Positions 1 to 8,584 of a stretch of DNA of 37,372 nt are shown piece by piece (the stretch's first letter is position 1; the number at the start of each line of letters is the position of its first letter). The translations under genes and the position numbers were made by a program. Below the pieces are notes generated by a model, which was not told the DNA's origin, made no database searches, and was given only the letters and a program-made list of their open reading frames with translations. The stretch comes from an uncultured Anaerolineales bacterium (GTDB lineage: Bacteria; Chloroflexota; Anaerolineae; Anaerolineales; UBA11858). The stretch covers positions 4,697 through 42,068 of the forward strand of contig CAZUMG010000004.1 of NCBI GenBank assembly GCA_964621895.1, written 5' to 3'.

Positions 1-651
1 ATTTACGGACAAGCCATCGATGCGGAATTGGTCACACCAACCGGCGCAGCCTTGTTAACTTCCCTCGTGGAAAATTTTGGTCCCGCTCCCTCCATGACTT
101 TGGAAAGCGTGGGATATGGTGCGGGAGGGCGCGACCTGCCAATACCCAACCTTCTTCGTGTGCTGATTGGGGAAATCCCAGCAGTTATCCCGGGAAACCG
201 GGAACAATTGGCCCTTCTGGAAACAAACCTGGATGACCTCAATCCTGAAATATACCCCTATGTGGTTGAATCTTTGTTCGCTGCAGGGGCATTAGATGTG
301 ATTATGGTGCCCATTCAGATGAAAAAGAATCGTCCAGGCACCCAGATCCAGGTCTTGACAGAAATTACCTGTATAGAAGTGATCAGATCCATTCTATTTA
401 AGGAAACAACAACATTAGGGATCCGCCAGACCCTGGTAGATAGGTATTCCTTGCCAAGAACCACCCAGGTAGTGAATACTCCTTTTGGCAAGGTCACCGT
501 GAAAATTGCTGAAACCAGTGATGGATTCAGGAAAATATCACCAGAATTTGAAGACTGTCTCAAAATTGCAAGAAAATATAACCTGCCAGTCCAACAAATC
601 TATCAGGATACTATCTGCCAGTTTCAGTCAGATAATACGAAAAAGAAATAG
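1..651 (+). CDS. larC: Nickel-pincer cofactor biosynthesis protein LarC (DUF111), C-terminal part; 5' end lies outside the window
   Basis: The frame is open from nt 1 (IYGQAIDAELVTPTGAALL...). The motif GYGAGGRDLPIPNLLRVLIGE is typical of LarC/DUF111. Stop codon at 649-651. Confidence 0.7.
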   Translation: MYGQAIDAELVTPTGAALLTSLVENFGPAPSMTLESVGYGAGGRDLPIPNLLRVLIGEIPAVIPGNREQLALLETNLDDLNPEIYPYVVESLFAAGALDVIMVPIQMKKNRPGTQIQVLTEITCIEVIRSILFKETTTLGIRQTLVDRYSLPRTTQVVNTPFGKVTVKIAETSDGFRKISPEFEDCLKIARKYNLPVQQIYQDTICQFQSDNTKKK

Positions 652-757
652 CCCAAGTTCGGAATTATGAATTAGCGTCTCTATTCATGCTCAGGATGGT
701 TCCAATATCCTGCAAAGAGTCAGCAGCAAGATTCTTTCAGGATGATCATCTGAGTCA

Positions 758-766
758 TGGTACAAT
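758..766 (+). promoter_or_regulatory. Extended -10 element (TGgTACAAT) just upstream of the SanA-like gene
   Basis: TGgTACAAT at 758-766, 6 nt before the GTG at 773. No good -35 hexamer was seen. Confidence 0.3.
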
Positions 767-772
767 GCCCAC

Positions 773-1414
773 GTGTTTAAGAAAAGAAGAAATATGGTCA
801 TATTTATCATTTTGTTGGTAGTCATCCTTCTGCTGGGAACTCCGCGAGCAATCATGGTCCATCAGGCCAAGGCGAGAACCTATTCGCCCGAGCAAGTTCC
901 CCATGCAAGAGCAGCAATTGTATTTGGGGCAGGGCTAACCGCAGACGGAAGTCCTACCGCTGTATTGGAAGACCGGGTAAAAACCGCAGCAGCTCTTTAT
1001 CAAGCAGGGAAAATTGATAAAATCTTGATGAGCGGTGATAACCGGTTCATTTATTATAATGAACCAGGGGCAATGAAATCCTATGCCCTGGAATTGGGCG
1101 TTCCAGATGAAGATATAGTGCTTGATTACGCTGGACGCAGAACCTATGATACCTGCTACCGGGCCAGGGAAATATTCCGGCTCACAGAAGCAATCCTGGT
1201 GACTCAACAGTTTCATTTATCCCGAGCTCTCTATACCTGCAAATCCCTCGGTATTGAGGTGGTGGGAGTGCCGGCTGACCTGAGACCATACAGGGATGAC
1301 GGATATTGGTATATTCGGGAAATACCAGCCAGCCTGATAGCTTTTATTCAGGTTCACCTTACCCGACCAGAACCAGTTTTAGGGGACCAGGAACCTATCT
1401 TCCCTTTGGAATGA
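773..1414 (+). CDS. SanA/YdcF-type DUF218 membrane-anchored protein
   Basis: Basic N-terminus followed by one hydrophobic helix. SanA-like signature SGDN...YNEPGAM...LDYAGRRTYDT. GTG start at 773; ATG at 794 is an alternative. Confidence 0.65.
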   Translation: MFKKRRNMVIFIILLVVILLLGTPRAIMVHQAKARTYSPEQVPHARAAIVFGAGLTADGSPTAVLEDRVKTAAALYQAGKIDKILMSGDNRFIYYNEPGAMKSYALELGVPDEDIVLDYAGRRTYDTCYRAREIFRLTEAILVTQQFHLSRALYTCKSLGIEVVGVPADLRPYRDDGYWYIREIPASLIAFIQVHLTRPEPVLGDQEPIFPLE

Positions 1415-1477
1415 ATCCTGCACTGTTAAATCAGATAAATCAGCCTATTTCAGCATTTTTTGCTGAGGAGTATATCC

Positions 1478-2350
1478 ATGAGACAGAAAGTCATGGCAGT
1501 ATTCGTTTCATCACTGCTAGCAGTAACCCTAACTGGTTGCGGAATAAACATTGAGTTACCTTTTAAAACCGAGCAAAAAACCGGACCTTCCATCACAGAT
1601 ACTATCCAGGTTCCTGTACCTAACAGCCCCCCCCCACTTGATGTCAACCTTTCCTTTGGTGCCGGGAAAATGACCTTACTCCCCAATCCAGGCGCTGGGC
1701 TACTTTCAGGAACAGCAACGTATAATGTCGTTGATTTTAAACCGGAAGTTATCGTTGACGAAAATGGGGTGACCTTAAAACAGGGAAACCTGAAATTAAA
1801 CGCAGTCCCGACCATCAATGAGACTATTAAAAATGAATGGAACATAGCCATAAAAAATCATCCTATCGAGCTGAATATCAAGGCAGGTGGCTACAGCGGC
1901 GAATTTGAATTTGGCGGTTTAGCTCTTACTAATTTGCACATTACCGATGGAGCGGCAACGGTTAAACTGAAGTTTTCTACACCCAATACTGCATCAATGA
2001 ATTCCCTTCGATACAAGACCGGTGCTTCAAATATCACCATGGAGAAACTAGCTAATGCTAATTTCCAAACCATGATCTTTGAGAGTGGTGCTGGAAACTA
2101 TGATCTGGATTTTTCAGGTTTACTCCAACATGATGCCTCAATATTTATTGAAACCGGATTGAGCCGGTTAGTGGTTTCAGTGCCCGCCGGGGTGCCAGCC
2201 ATAGTGAATGTTGCAGGACCTCTTTCAAAAGTAATCATCTCTGGAGATTGGCAGCAATCAGGAGACGAGTATGTTCTGGAAGGTCAAGGCCCAAAGTTAA
2301 TTTTTACTATTGAAACAAAGGCCGGAACGGTATCTCTCCAGAATCCCTGA
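1478..2350 (+). CDS. Secreted lipoprotein with a repetitive beta-rich (toastrack/DUF4097-like) body; function unknown
   Basis: GAGGAG Shine-Dalgarno at 1465-1470, 7 nt before the ATG at 1478. Signal peptide with lipobox LTGC (MRQKVMAVFVSSLLAVTLTGCG). The ORF track's TTG at 1460 is less likely. Confidence 0.6.
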   Translation: MRQKVMAVFVSSLLAVTLTGCGINIELPFKTEQKTGPSITDTIQVPVPNSPPPLDVNLSFGAGKMTLLPNPGAGLLSGTATYNVVDFKPEVIVDENGVTLKQGNLKLNAVPTINETIKNEWNIAIKNHPIELNIKAGGYSGEFEFGGLALTNLHITDGAATVKLKFSTPNTASMNSLRYKTGASNITMEKLANANFQTMIFESGAGNYDLDFSGLLQHDASIFIETGLSRLVVSVPAGVPAIVNVAGPLSKVIISGDWQQSGDEYVLEGQGPKLIFTIETKAGTVSLQNP

Positions 2351-2425
2351 CCTGGCATCCTTGACCCTAAGATAGCTGCACCCCTCAGTGAGATGAGAAC
2401 CGTATCAAGAAAGAAAACTTTTCTA

Positions 2426-2454
2426 TTGACAGGTTGCTATGCCTCGTGTACACT
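2426..2454 (+). promoter_or_regulatory. Sigma70-like promoter for the recombinase-like gene
   Basis: TTGACA (2426-2431), 17-nt spacer, TACACT (2449-2454). It lies inside the ORF-track N-terminus (TTG 2434), which argues for the downstream ATG at 2488 as the true start. Confidence 0.4.
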
Positions 2455-2487
2455 AATCTATACTGGCTATACGAAAGGGTTTCGCCC

Positions 2488-3411
2488 ATGATTAATGAAT
2501 CCACAGCCCACATTAATGTCCGAACCACCCTCTCACCAGCACTCCAAGCCTGGGAAATTTTTCTAAGTGACCAGGGGAGTTCAAAACATACCATTACTGC
2601 TTTTATAGGAGATTTACGATTACTGGCAGGCTATTTACCTCCTGATCGCCAGGTGGGAGAAATTAGCTTGGCGGATTTAAACAATTTCCTCAGATGGATG
2701 GAGCATGAACGGAATGTGCCCTGCAGCCCCAAGACTTTGGCCAGGCGAATCACATCTCTAAAATCATTCTTCCGCTGGTTACATGAAGGGGGAGCTATTC
2801 CAGCTAATCCGGCCGATAAAGTTATCCAAAAATCCGTCCGGAGCCCCCTGCCCGAGATCCTCTCCCAGCAGGAAATAACCTCAATTTTGGAAACAGCAGA
2901 TGCTTATCGCCAGGCGAAAAATCCTGATCTGCGGTCATATTTATTATTCACCTTGCTGTTGGAAACCGGTATCAAGAAAGGGGAATGTCTATCCCTAAGT
3001 CCAAATCATATTCAATTGGATGCCCCAGACGGACCCCTGGTTTTCATCAGGTACGCCAGCCCTCAAAACCGGTACAAAGAAAGGAAAATAGCACTTAGCG
3101 AGGCATGGATTGAAGCATACCAGGATTACCGGGTTCATAACAACCTGGATGATCGATTATTTCCTTGGTCTGCACGTATGCTGGAATATATCTTGGAAGA
3201 TCTGGGAAAAGCGGCTGGGCTCTCAAAACGGGTTTCTTTTTCGATGTGCCGCTGGACTTGCGCAGTACAGGACTGGCAATCAGGTTTGGACCAGAATAAA
3301 ATTCGTCAGAAATTGGGGATTTCCGAAGTCCAGTGGCGGGAAGTCAGTCGCAAGCTCCACAGCTTAAGCCGGAATGGATCAGACCAGGAAATTACCGCCC
3401 CCCCTCAGTAA
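2488..3411 (+). CDS. XerC/XerD-like tyrosine-recombinase-fold protein with degenerate catalytic residues
   Basis: N-terminal SAM-like core-binding region (HTITAFIGDLRLLAGYL, TLARRITSLKSFFRWL). In the C-terminal domain the recombinase motifs align but are substituted (ETGIKKGE, SFSMCRWTCAV, LGISEVQWREV). Confidence 0.65.
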   Translation: MINESTAHINVRTTLSPALQAWEIFLSDQGSSKHTITAFIGDLRLLAGYLPPDRQVGEISLADLNNFLRWMEHERNVPCSPKTLARRITSLKSFFRWLHEGGAIPANPADKVIQKSVRSPLPEILSQQEITSILETADAYRQAKNPDLRSYLLFTLLLETGIKKGECLSLSPNHIQLDAPDGPLVFIRYASPQNRYKERKIALSEAWIEAYQDYRVHNNLDDRLFPWSARMLEYILEDLGKAAGLSKRVSFSMCRWTCAVQDWQSGLDQNKIRQKLGISEVQWREVSRKLHSLSRNGSDQEITAPPQ

Positions 3412-3429
3412 TTAGATTCTAAATGGGTT

Positions 3430-4848
3430 TTAAGACCGCTTTCTTATGAATGCCAATTCAACCAGGGATTCTGTCTCCGGTGTAATCATGGCATCCTGAC
3501 TTAATCTCCCCCCCGGTACCCACAATACCGTATCATTCACAGCAACCAGAGGCCAATCGTTCCTATAAAGCGCAGGAACCTTCTCATTGATCATCATATC
3601 AGCAACTTTCATGGATTTACCGCTCATTCCAAGGGGATAGATCAAATCACCCTCTTGCCGCACTCTAAGAACTGCATCTTTACTGATTGCCTTCTGATCC
3701 ACCCAGACAAGAAAATCCTCTCCGGGAAATTCGGCCAGTTCATATTGATCTAAGGTGTAATCTCGGGGCGTTACCACCAGGTACCAGCCATTCCCTAGAA
3801 AAACCTCTCCCGCTAGCGGTAGTGCGATTTCTTTTTTATTGAGCATCTGGGGAAACTGATCTTTAACTATATCGGTTTCCCAGGTAGATAAGACTATCCA
3901 TTTTGGGGATTGGGACAAATTTACTTTTGCTACCCAGTTAGTTGATTTTTGAGCTGGATTCCGGAAAAAATCCAGGGCAGCATCTACCTGAAGAAAACTA
4001 AGCTCGCGGAATTCAGGCCTGAGGCATGCCAAGGATTTCCGGATCAGGCGGCGTTGGACCGCGGGTGGATAATTTAATAACACATCCCTGGCAAGTTGAA
4101 GATAACTCGCACCCTGGCTGTGAAGACAGGATTTCCAGGCAATTTCACTGAAATATTCGAGCGCTTGATCCTCTGCAGAAATAATTTGAGCCGTTTGCAG
4201 CAACCGCCGATTAAATCCTGGGGTTAATTTCTCAAGTTGGGGGATCAAAGTAAGTCGGATTTTATTCCTCTGGAAAACCAGCTCCTTATTTGTTGGATCC
4301 TCCAGGGAAGGTATTTGCTGTTCGGTTAGATATTCCAGGATTTGCTCCCTTTCAAGATCTAAAAAGGGTCTGACCAGGGGGATCCTATCACTCCAGGGAT
4401 TGGGCAGACTTACCACTTGCATCCCGGATAATCCCTTCATACCGGAACCTCGAAGCAGATTCATCAAGATTGTTTCCACCTGGTCATCTGCATGGTGAGC
4501 GACGGCAACTGCACCTGCCATCTCAGTCTCAGCCACTTTAAACAAAAATTGATATCGTAAAATTCTGGCAGCTTCTTCCAGGGATAAACCTTGCTCGTTT
4601 GAGAACTGGCGAACATCACCAGCTCCCTCGCGAAAGGGCAATCCTGCAGAGAGGCAGAATTCTCGAACAAAAGCAGCTTCCTGGTCTGCATCATCACGCA
4701 GCTTATGATTAAAATGGGCTGCTATCGGAGAAAGATTATTAGCCATCATGGCATGTAAGAGCGTCATGCTGTCCGGACCACCAGACAGACCAACCACAAT
4801 GGGAGGATTAATAATGAGCAGGGTTTGCTCTAGAGCGTTGAATACCAT
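3430..4848 (-). CDS. tilS: tRNA(Ile)-lysidine synthase TilS
   Basis: PP-loop SGGPDS close to the N-terminus (MVFNALEQTLLIINPPIVVGLSGGPDSM), plus a TilS substrate-binding/C-terminal region. The start was moved from 5163 to the ATG at 4848, because the longer ORF would overlap the divergent response-regulator gene. Confidence 0.85.
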   Translation of the reverse strand: MVFNALEQTLLIINPPIVVGLSGGPDSMTLLHAMMANNLSPIAAHFNHKLRDDADQEAAFVREFCLSAGLPFREGAGDVRQFSNEQGLSLEEAARILRYQFLFKVAETEMAGAVAVAHHADDQVETILMNLLRGSGMKGLSGMQVVSLPNPWSDRIPLVRPFLDLEREQILEYLTEQQIPSLEDPTNKELVFQRNKIRLTLIPQLEKLTPGFNRRLLQTAQIISAEDQALEYFSEIAWKSCLHSQGASYLQLARDVLLNYPPAVQRRLIRKSLACLRPEFRELSFLQVDAALDFFRNPAQKSTNWVAKVNLSQSPKWIVLSTWETDIVKDQFPQMLNKKEIALPLAGEVFLGNGWYLVVTPRDYTLDQYELAEFPGEDFLVWVDQKAISKDAVLRVRQEGDLIYPLGMSGKSMKVADMMINEKVPALYRNDWPLVAVNDTVLWVPGGRLSQDAMITPETESLVELAFIRKRS

Positions 4849-4865
4849 TTTCAAATTATAATCTA

Positions 4866-4874
4866 TGGTATATT
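4866..4874 (+). promoter_or_regulatory. Extended -10 (TGgTATATT) for the REC-ParA-like operon
   Basis: TGg at 4866-4868 followed by TATATT at 4869-4874. GAGG Shine-Dalgarno at 4906-4909, 6 nt before the ATG at 4916. Confidence 0.3.
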
Positions 4875-4915
4875 TTATTAATAGGCTTTTTTTGCAGGTA
4901 AATCCGAGGTTTAAG

Positions 4916-6058
4916 ATGGCCCAAACGATATTAATTATTGATGATGACCTAGATACCTTAAAGCTGGTCGGTATCATGCTGGAAAGAAAAGGATTTAGAA
5001 TCCTAGCCAGTACAACTGGGAAAAAAGGTCTGCAATTGGCCAATAAAGAACATCCGGATTTAATACTGCTTGATATCATGATTCCGGATATCAACGGATA
5101 TGATATTGCTCGATCGCTACGATCATCACCTGAAACAGAGACCATACCGATTATTATGTTCACCGCCCGAAGCCAGGTTGATGATAAGGTCGAAGGTTTG
5201 GAAGCTGGGGCAGATGCCTATATAACCAAACCAGCCAGACCTAGGGAATTATTCGCACAAGTCAATTCTATACTAAAACGAGCTCCCCAAAGATCCGCTG
5301 GCAACCAATCTGCTGCCGCAGAAAAGGGTACCTTAATCGGTATTATTGCCTCAAAAGGTGGTATTGGTATATCTACACTGGCCACCAATCTGGCCATGGA
5401 GATCCATAAACAATCGGCAAAATCAACCATCCTGTCAGATTTCAGGCCGGGTCAGGGAACCATCAGCATGGACCTGGATGTTCAAAATACCAACGGGATG
5501 ATTAAATTGCTTGAAGAAGAACCAGGATCGGATTTATCAACGCTGCTTCCGGAAACCTTACTTGATCATAAATCCGGAATTAAAGTTCTCTTATCTTCCT
5601 ATCAACCGACAGACTCAAAATACAGTTTCCATGTTGAACAATTTTATGATATTGCCCGATTATTAACAACCCTGGCTGACTATACAATTTTAGACCTGGG
5701 TCCTTCATTAACCCCGCTGACCACAAAAATACTTCCAGAGTGTGACAAAATCCTGATCTGTTTTGAACCTTCTCCCGGGAATATCACCCAAACCAGGATG
5801 TTGATTCAGGATCTAATCAATAAAGGAATCGGTGAAGGTCGTTTTATCATCGTTTTAATCAACCGGCAGCGGACCAGCGTGCAGCTCAGCTATGAACAAA
5901 CTGAAAATCAATTGGAACGTAAGGTGGACCAACTCTTTACACCAGTTCCGGAATTGGCATACCAGGCAGCGGCAACAAATATTCCCATAATCCAGCGCGC
6001 TGAAGACAGCATGACGGCTGAGCAGTTCCGCGATCTAGCCAGATTAATCCTGGACTAA
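4916..6058 (+). CDS. Response-regulator receiver domain fused to a ParA/MinD/CpaE(TadZ)-like ATPase domain with an atypical P-loop
   Basis: The REC domain looks intact: DDD near the N-terminus, acceptor Asp in LILLDIMIPD, then MFTA and ITKP. The C-terminal half is SKGGIGISTLATNLA ... ILDLGP. Confidence 0.8.
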   Translation: MAQTILIIDDDLDTLKLVGIMLERKGFRILASTTGKKGLQLANKEHPDLILLDIMIPDINGYDIARSLRSSPETETIPIIMFTARSQVDDKVEGLEAGADAYITKPARPRELFAQVNSILKRAPQRSAGNQSAAAEKGTLIGIIASKGGIGISTLATNLAMEIHKQSAKSTILSDFRPGQGTISMDLDVQNTNGMIKLLEEEPGSDLSTLLPETLLDHKSGIKVLLSSYQPTDSKYSFHVEQFYDIARLLTTLADYTILDLGPSLTPLTTKILPECDKILICFEPSPGNITQTRMLIQDLINKGIGEGRFIIVLINRQRTSVQLSYEQTENQLERKVDQLFTPVPELAYQAAATNIPIIQRAEDSMTAEQFRDLARLILD

Positions 6059-6062
6059 GCGA

Positions 6063-6848
6063 ATGGTCTTCCTTACATCAGCACAGAATAATCTGATCTC
6101 AAAAGCATCAGATTTAATCACAAATGCTGAGTATTGTGTTGCATTAACGGGCGCTGGCATTTCCACGCCGTCAGGTATTCCCGATTTCAGATCCCCGGGA
6201 TGCGGTCTCTGGTCACGGTATTCTCCCATGGAAGTGGCTTCCCTGAGTGCGTTTAGATACAATCCAGAGCGTTTTTACAGCTGGCTGCGTCCCTTTGTAA
6301 AAAGCCTGTTCTTCGCTGATCCTAATCCGGCTCACAAATCCCTGGCTGCTTTAGAAAATCATAACTATTTAAAGGCTATCATCACCCAAAATATTGATGC
6401 CCTCCATCAAAAAGCAGGGTCAAAGCGAGTTATTGAAGTCCATGGGACTTACCTAACTCTCACCTGTCTGGGCTGTTATCAACAAATAAGAGCCGACCAG
6501 GAATTTTTAACCACATTCTTAGAGCAGGAAATAACTCCTCGTTGCCCGGACTGCGGTAATGTATTGAAACCGGATATTATTCTCTATGAGGAACAGCTCC
6601 CAGCGGAGAAATGGAAATTGGCTCGGGAGGAAGTTCTATCCTGTGATTTATTAATCATCCTCGGATCATCGCTGACAGTGACTCCGGTCAGTGATCTTCC
6701 TTATTCTGCGCTGGCTGCGGGAGCCGATATACTTATACTCAATCGCAATTATACCCATCTGGACAACCAGGCTGCTGTCTGTATCCAGGGTGACCTGGCA
6801 GAGCTGCTCCCCATCATCACTGAAAAGGTAATTCATGAAAAGAATTAA
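6063..6848 (+). CDS. cobB: NAD-dependent protein deacylase, Sir2/CobB family
   Basis: GAGISTPSGIPDFRS, QNIDALH, catalytic His in VIEVHGT, and a Zn ribbon CLGC...CPDCG. Confidence 0.85.
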   Translation: MVFLTSAQNNLISKASDLITNAEYCVALTGAGISTPSGIPDFRSPGCGLWSRYSPMEVASLSAFRYNPERFYSWLRPFVKSLFFADPNPAHKSLAALENHNYLKAIITQNIDALHQKAGSKRVIEVHGTYLTLTCLGCYQQIRADQEFLTTFLEQEITPRCPDCGNVLKPDIILYEEQLPAEKWKLAREEVLSCDLLIILGSSLTVTPVSDLPYSALAAGADILILNRNYTHLDNQAAVCIQGDLAELLPIITEKVIHEKN

Positions 6849-8028
6849 GGATCGTTCCACCCTGCTTAGTCGCTACCAGAAGTTAATTAATATCTCATGT
6901 GACCTGGCTTCCGAATTGGATTTAAATATTTTGCTTGCAAAAATAGTTGGGGCAGCCTGTGAAGTCTCAAATTCCGAGGAAGCATCCATTTTATTATATG
7001 ATCCAAGCAAGATGACCTTATACTTTCAGGCAGCAACCAACCTGGATTCGCAGCTGAAGCGCGGACTGGTTGTGCCTCTAGCAGAAAGCATTGCCGGTTG
7101 GGTAGTCACCCATCAAAAACCGGTTATTGTTGACAATCCCCAAAAAGATCAAAGGCATTTTGATTACATCGGAAAGATTACCAATATTAAATGTAAATCC
7201 CTGCTGGGGATTCCCCTGCTCTCGAAAGGAAATGTGATTGGGGTACTTGAGGTAATTAATAAACGGGGAGGAAGGTTTAACCAGGATGACCAGGATGTGC
7301 TGATGGCATTGGGTTCCCAGGCGACTGTTGCAATTGAGAATACCCGATTATTTCTTCAATCAGACTTAATTGGGGAATTTGTGCATGAGATCCGTACTCC
7401 CCTTTCATCTTTAAGTGCCGCTGCCCATTTACTCAAAAACAATCGGGTTGGTGATGACCAAAAGAAAAAAATGATTGATATTCTGGAGTCCGAAATTGAG
7501 TCTCTCTCGGAGATGTCCAGTTCATTTTTAGACCTGGCGCGTTTGGAATCAGGCAGAAAGCAGTATGTTGTAGAAGAGATTAACATCCGAGATCTGTTAA
7601 TTGAATGCTCTGAAATCATCATGACAGATGCACAGAAACAACATCTTCTCTTTAATTTGGACATACCTGATGATTTACCAAACATTCGTGGGGATCGTAA
7701 ACAGTTAAAACAAGCTCTCCTCAATTTATTAACTAACGCAGTTAAATATAATCAACAAAATGGGTCGATAAACCTCAAGGCGGAAGCTAAAATCAGTCAG
7801 CTGTTAATAATAATCTCCGATACAGGATTAGGAATTCCTGAAGAGGAATTTTCCCGGATTTTTGAAAAGTTTTATCGTGTCAGGAGTCATCGGGAACACA
7901 TTCCAGGAACAGGTCTTGGCTTATCTATGGTAAAACAAATCATCAATGGCCATGGGGGAGAGATTTCACTCACCAGCGAACTTAACAAAGGAACAACCTT
8001 CACGATAACCTTACCGCTAGATAATTAA
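6835..8028 (+). CDS. Cytoplasmic GAF-domain sensor histidine kinase
   Basis: GAF-like N-terminal half, H-box HEIRTPLSSL, N-box LLTNAVKYN, G-boxes DTGLGI and GTGLGLS. No transmembrane segments. Overlaps the Sir2 gene by 14 nt. Confidence 0.85.
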   Translation: MKRIKDRSTLLSRYQKLINISCDLASELDLNILLAKIVGAACEVSNSEEASILLYDPSKMTLYFQAATNLDSQLKRGLVVPLAESIAGWVVTHQKPVIVDNPQKDQRHFDYIGKITNIKCKSLLGIPLLSKGNVIGVLEVINKRGGRFNQDDQDVLMALGSQATVAIENTRLFLQSDLIGEFVHEIRTPLSSLSAAAHLLKNNRVGDDQKKKMIDILESEIESLSEMSSSFLDLARLESGRKQYVVEEINIRDLLIECSEIIMTDAQKQHLLFNLDIPDDLPNIRGDRKQLKQALLNLLTNAVKYNQQNGSINLKAEAKISQLLIIISDTGLGIPEEEFSRIFEKFYRVRSHREHIPGTGLGLSMVKQIINGHGGEISLTSELNKGTTFTITLPLDN

Positions 8029-8041
8029 CTTCGGATATGCT

Positions 8042-8584
8042 ATGACAATCAACATAAAAAAATACCGGATTCATTTTGTTTTATTAATCGTAATCATTTT
8101 CCTGGGAATTATGGCATTTACTCAGGGAGGTTGGGATCAAGTCCTCGCTGGCATCAAAGATGGATTATCCATACTGCTGCAAGAACTCCCGCTGCTCGCA
8201 GCAGCCTTTCTAACTGCAGGATTTCTCCAAGCATTAGTCAAAAAGGAATTTATCACCCGCTGGTTGGGAAGAGAAGCAGGTTTGAAGGGTATTCTGCTGG
8301 CCTGCCTGGGGGGTGGCCTTATCCCCGGTGGTCCGTACGCATATTATCCGATTGCCGGAGCCTTGTTAAAATCAGGTGCTGGACTGGGGGTTCTAATTGC
8401 CTTTGTGACCGCTAAAAACCTCTGGTCCGTATCCAGAATCCCCCTGGAATTTGCGATACTGGGCACAACGATAACCATTCGGCGATATCTGATCACCTTC
8501 CTCATTCCACCTCTGCTGGGATTGCTTGCTGAGTGGTTCTTGGGAGGATCCATAACAAAAATAGAGGAAAATGCCCAACAATGA
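8042..8584 (+). CDS. Half-size integral membrane permease (COG0701/DUF318-like), subunit 1
   Basis: Polytopic hydrophobic protein with motif GGLIPGGPYAYYPIAGALLKSGAGLGVLIAFVTA. Confidence 0.55.
   Translation: MTINIKKYRIHFVLLIVIIFLGIMAFTQGGWDQVLAGIKDGLSILLQELPLLAAAFLTAGFLQALVKKEFITRWLGREAGLKGILLACLGGGLIPGGPYAYYPIAGALLKSGAGLGVLIAFVTAKNLWSVSRIPLEFAILGTTITIRRYLITFLIPPLLGLLAEWFLGGSITKIEENAQQ

Noticed and set aside
2434-3411. Integrase-like gene as the edge of a prophage, integrative element or genomic island
   Set aside because: I saw no tRNA, direct repeats, or phage or transposon genes on either side. Composition is similar to the surroundings, and the catalytic residues appear degenerate.
3430-5163. 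577-aa version of the tilS ORF
   Set aside because: The extra 105 N-terminal codons run antisense through the promoter and the 5' end of the response-regulator gene. They are low-complexity and precede the PP-loop by an implausible distance. The ATG at 4848 gives the normal TilS N-terminus.
6063-6848. Sir2-domain protein as an anti-phage defence effector (Thoeris, DSR or SIR2-HerA type)
   Set aside because: It has the full housekeeping deacylase motif set (GAGISTPSGIPDFRS, QNID, catalytic His, Cys4 Zn ribbon) and normal size. It has no fused sensor domain and no partner gene such as TIR, HerA or pAgo. Its neighbours are signalling genes.
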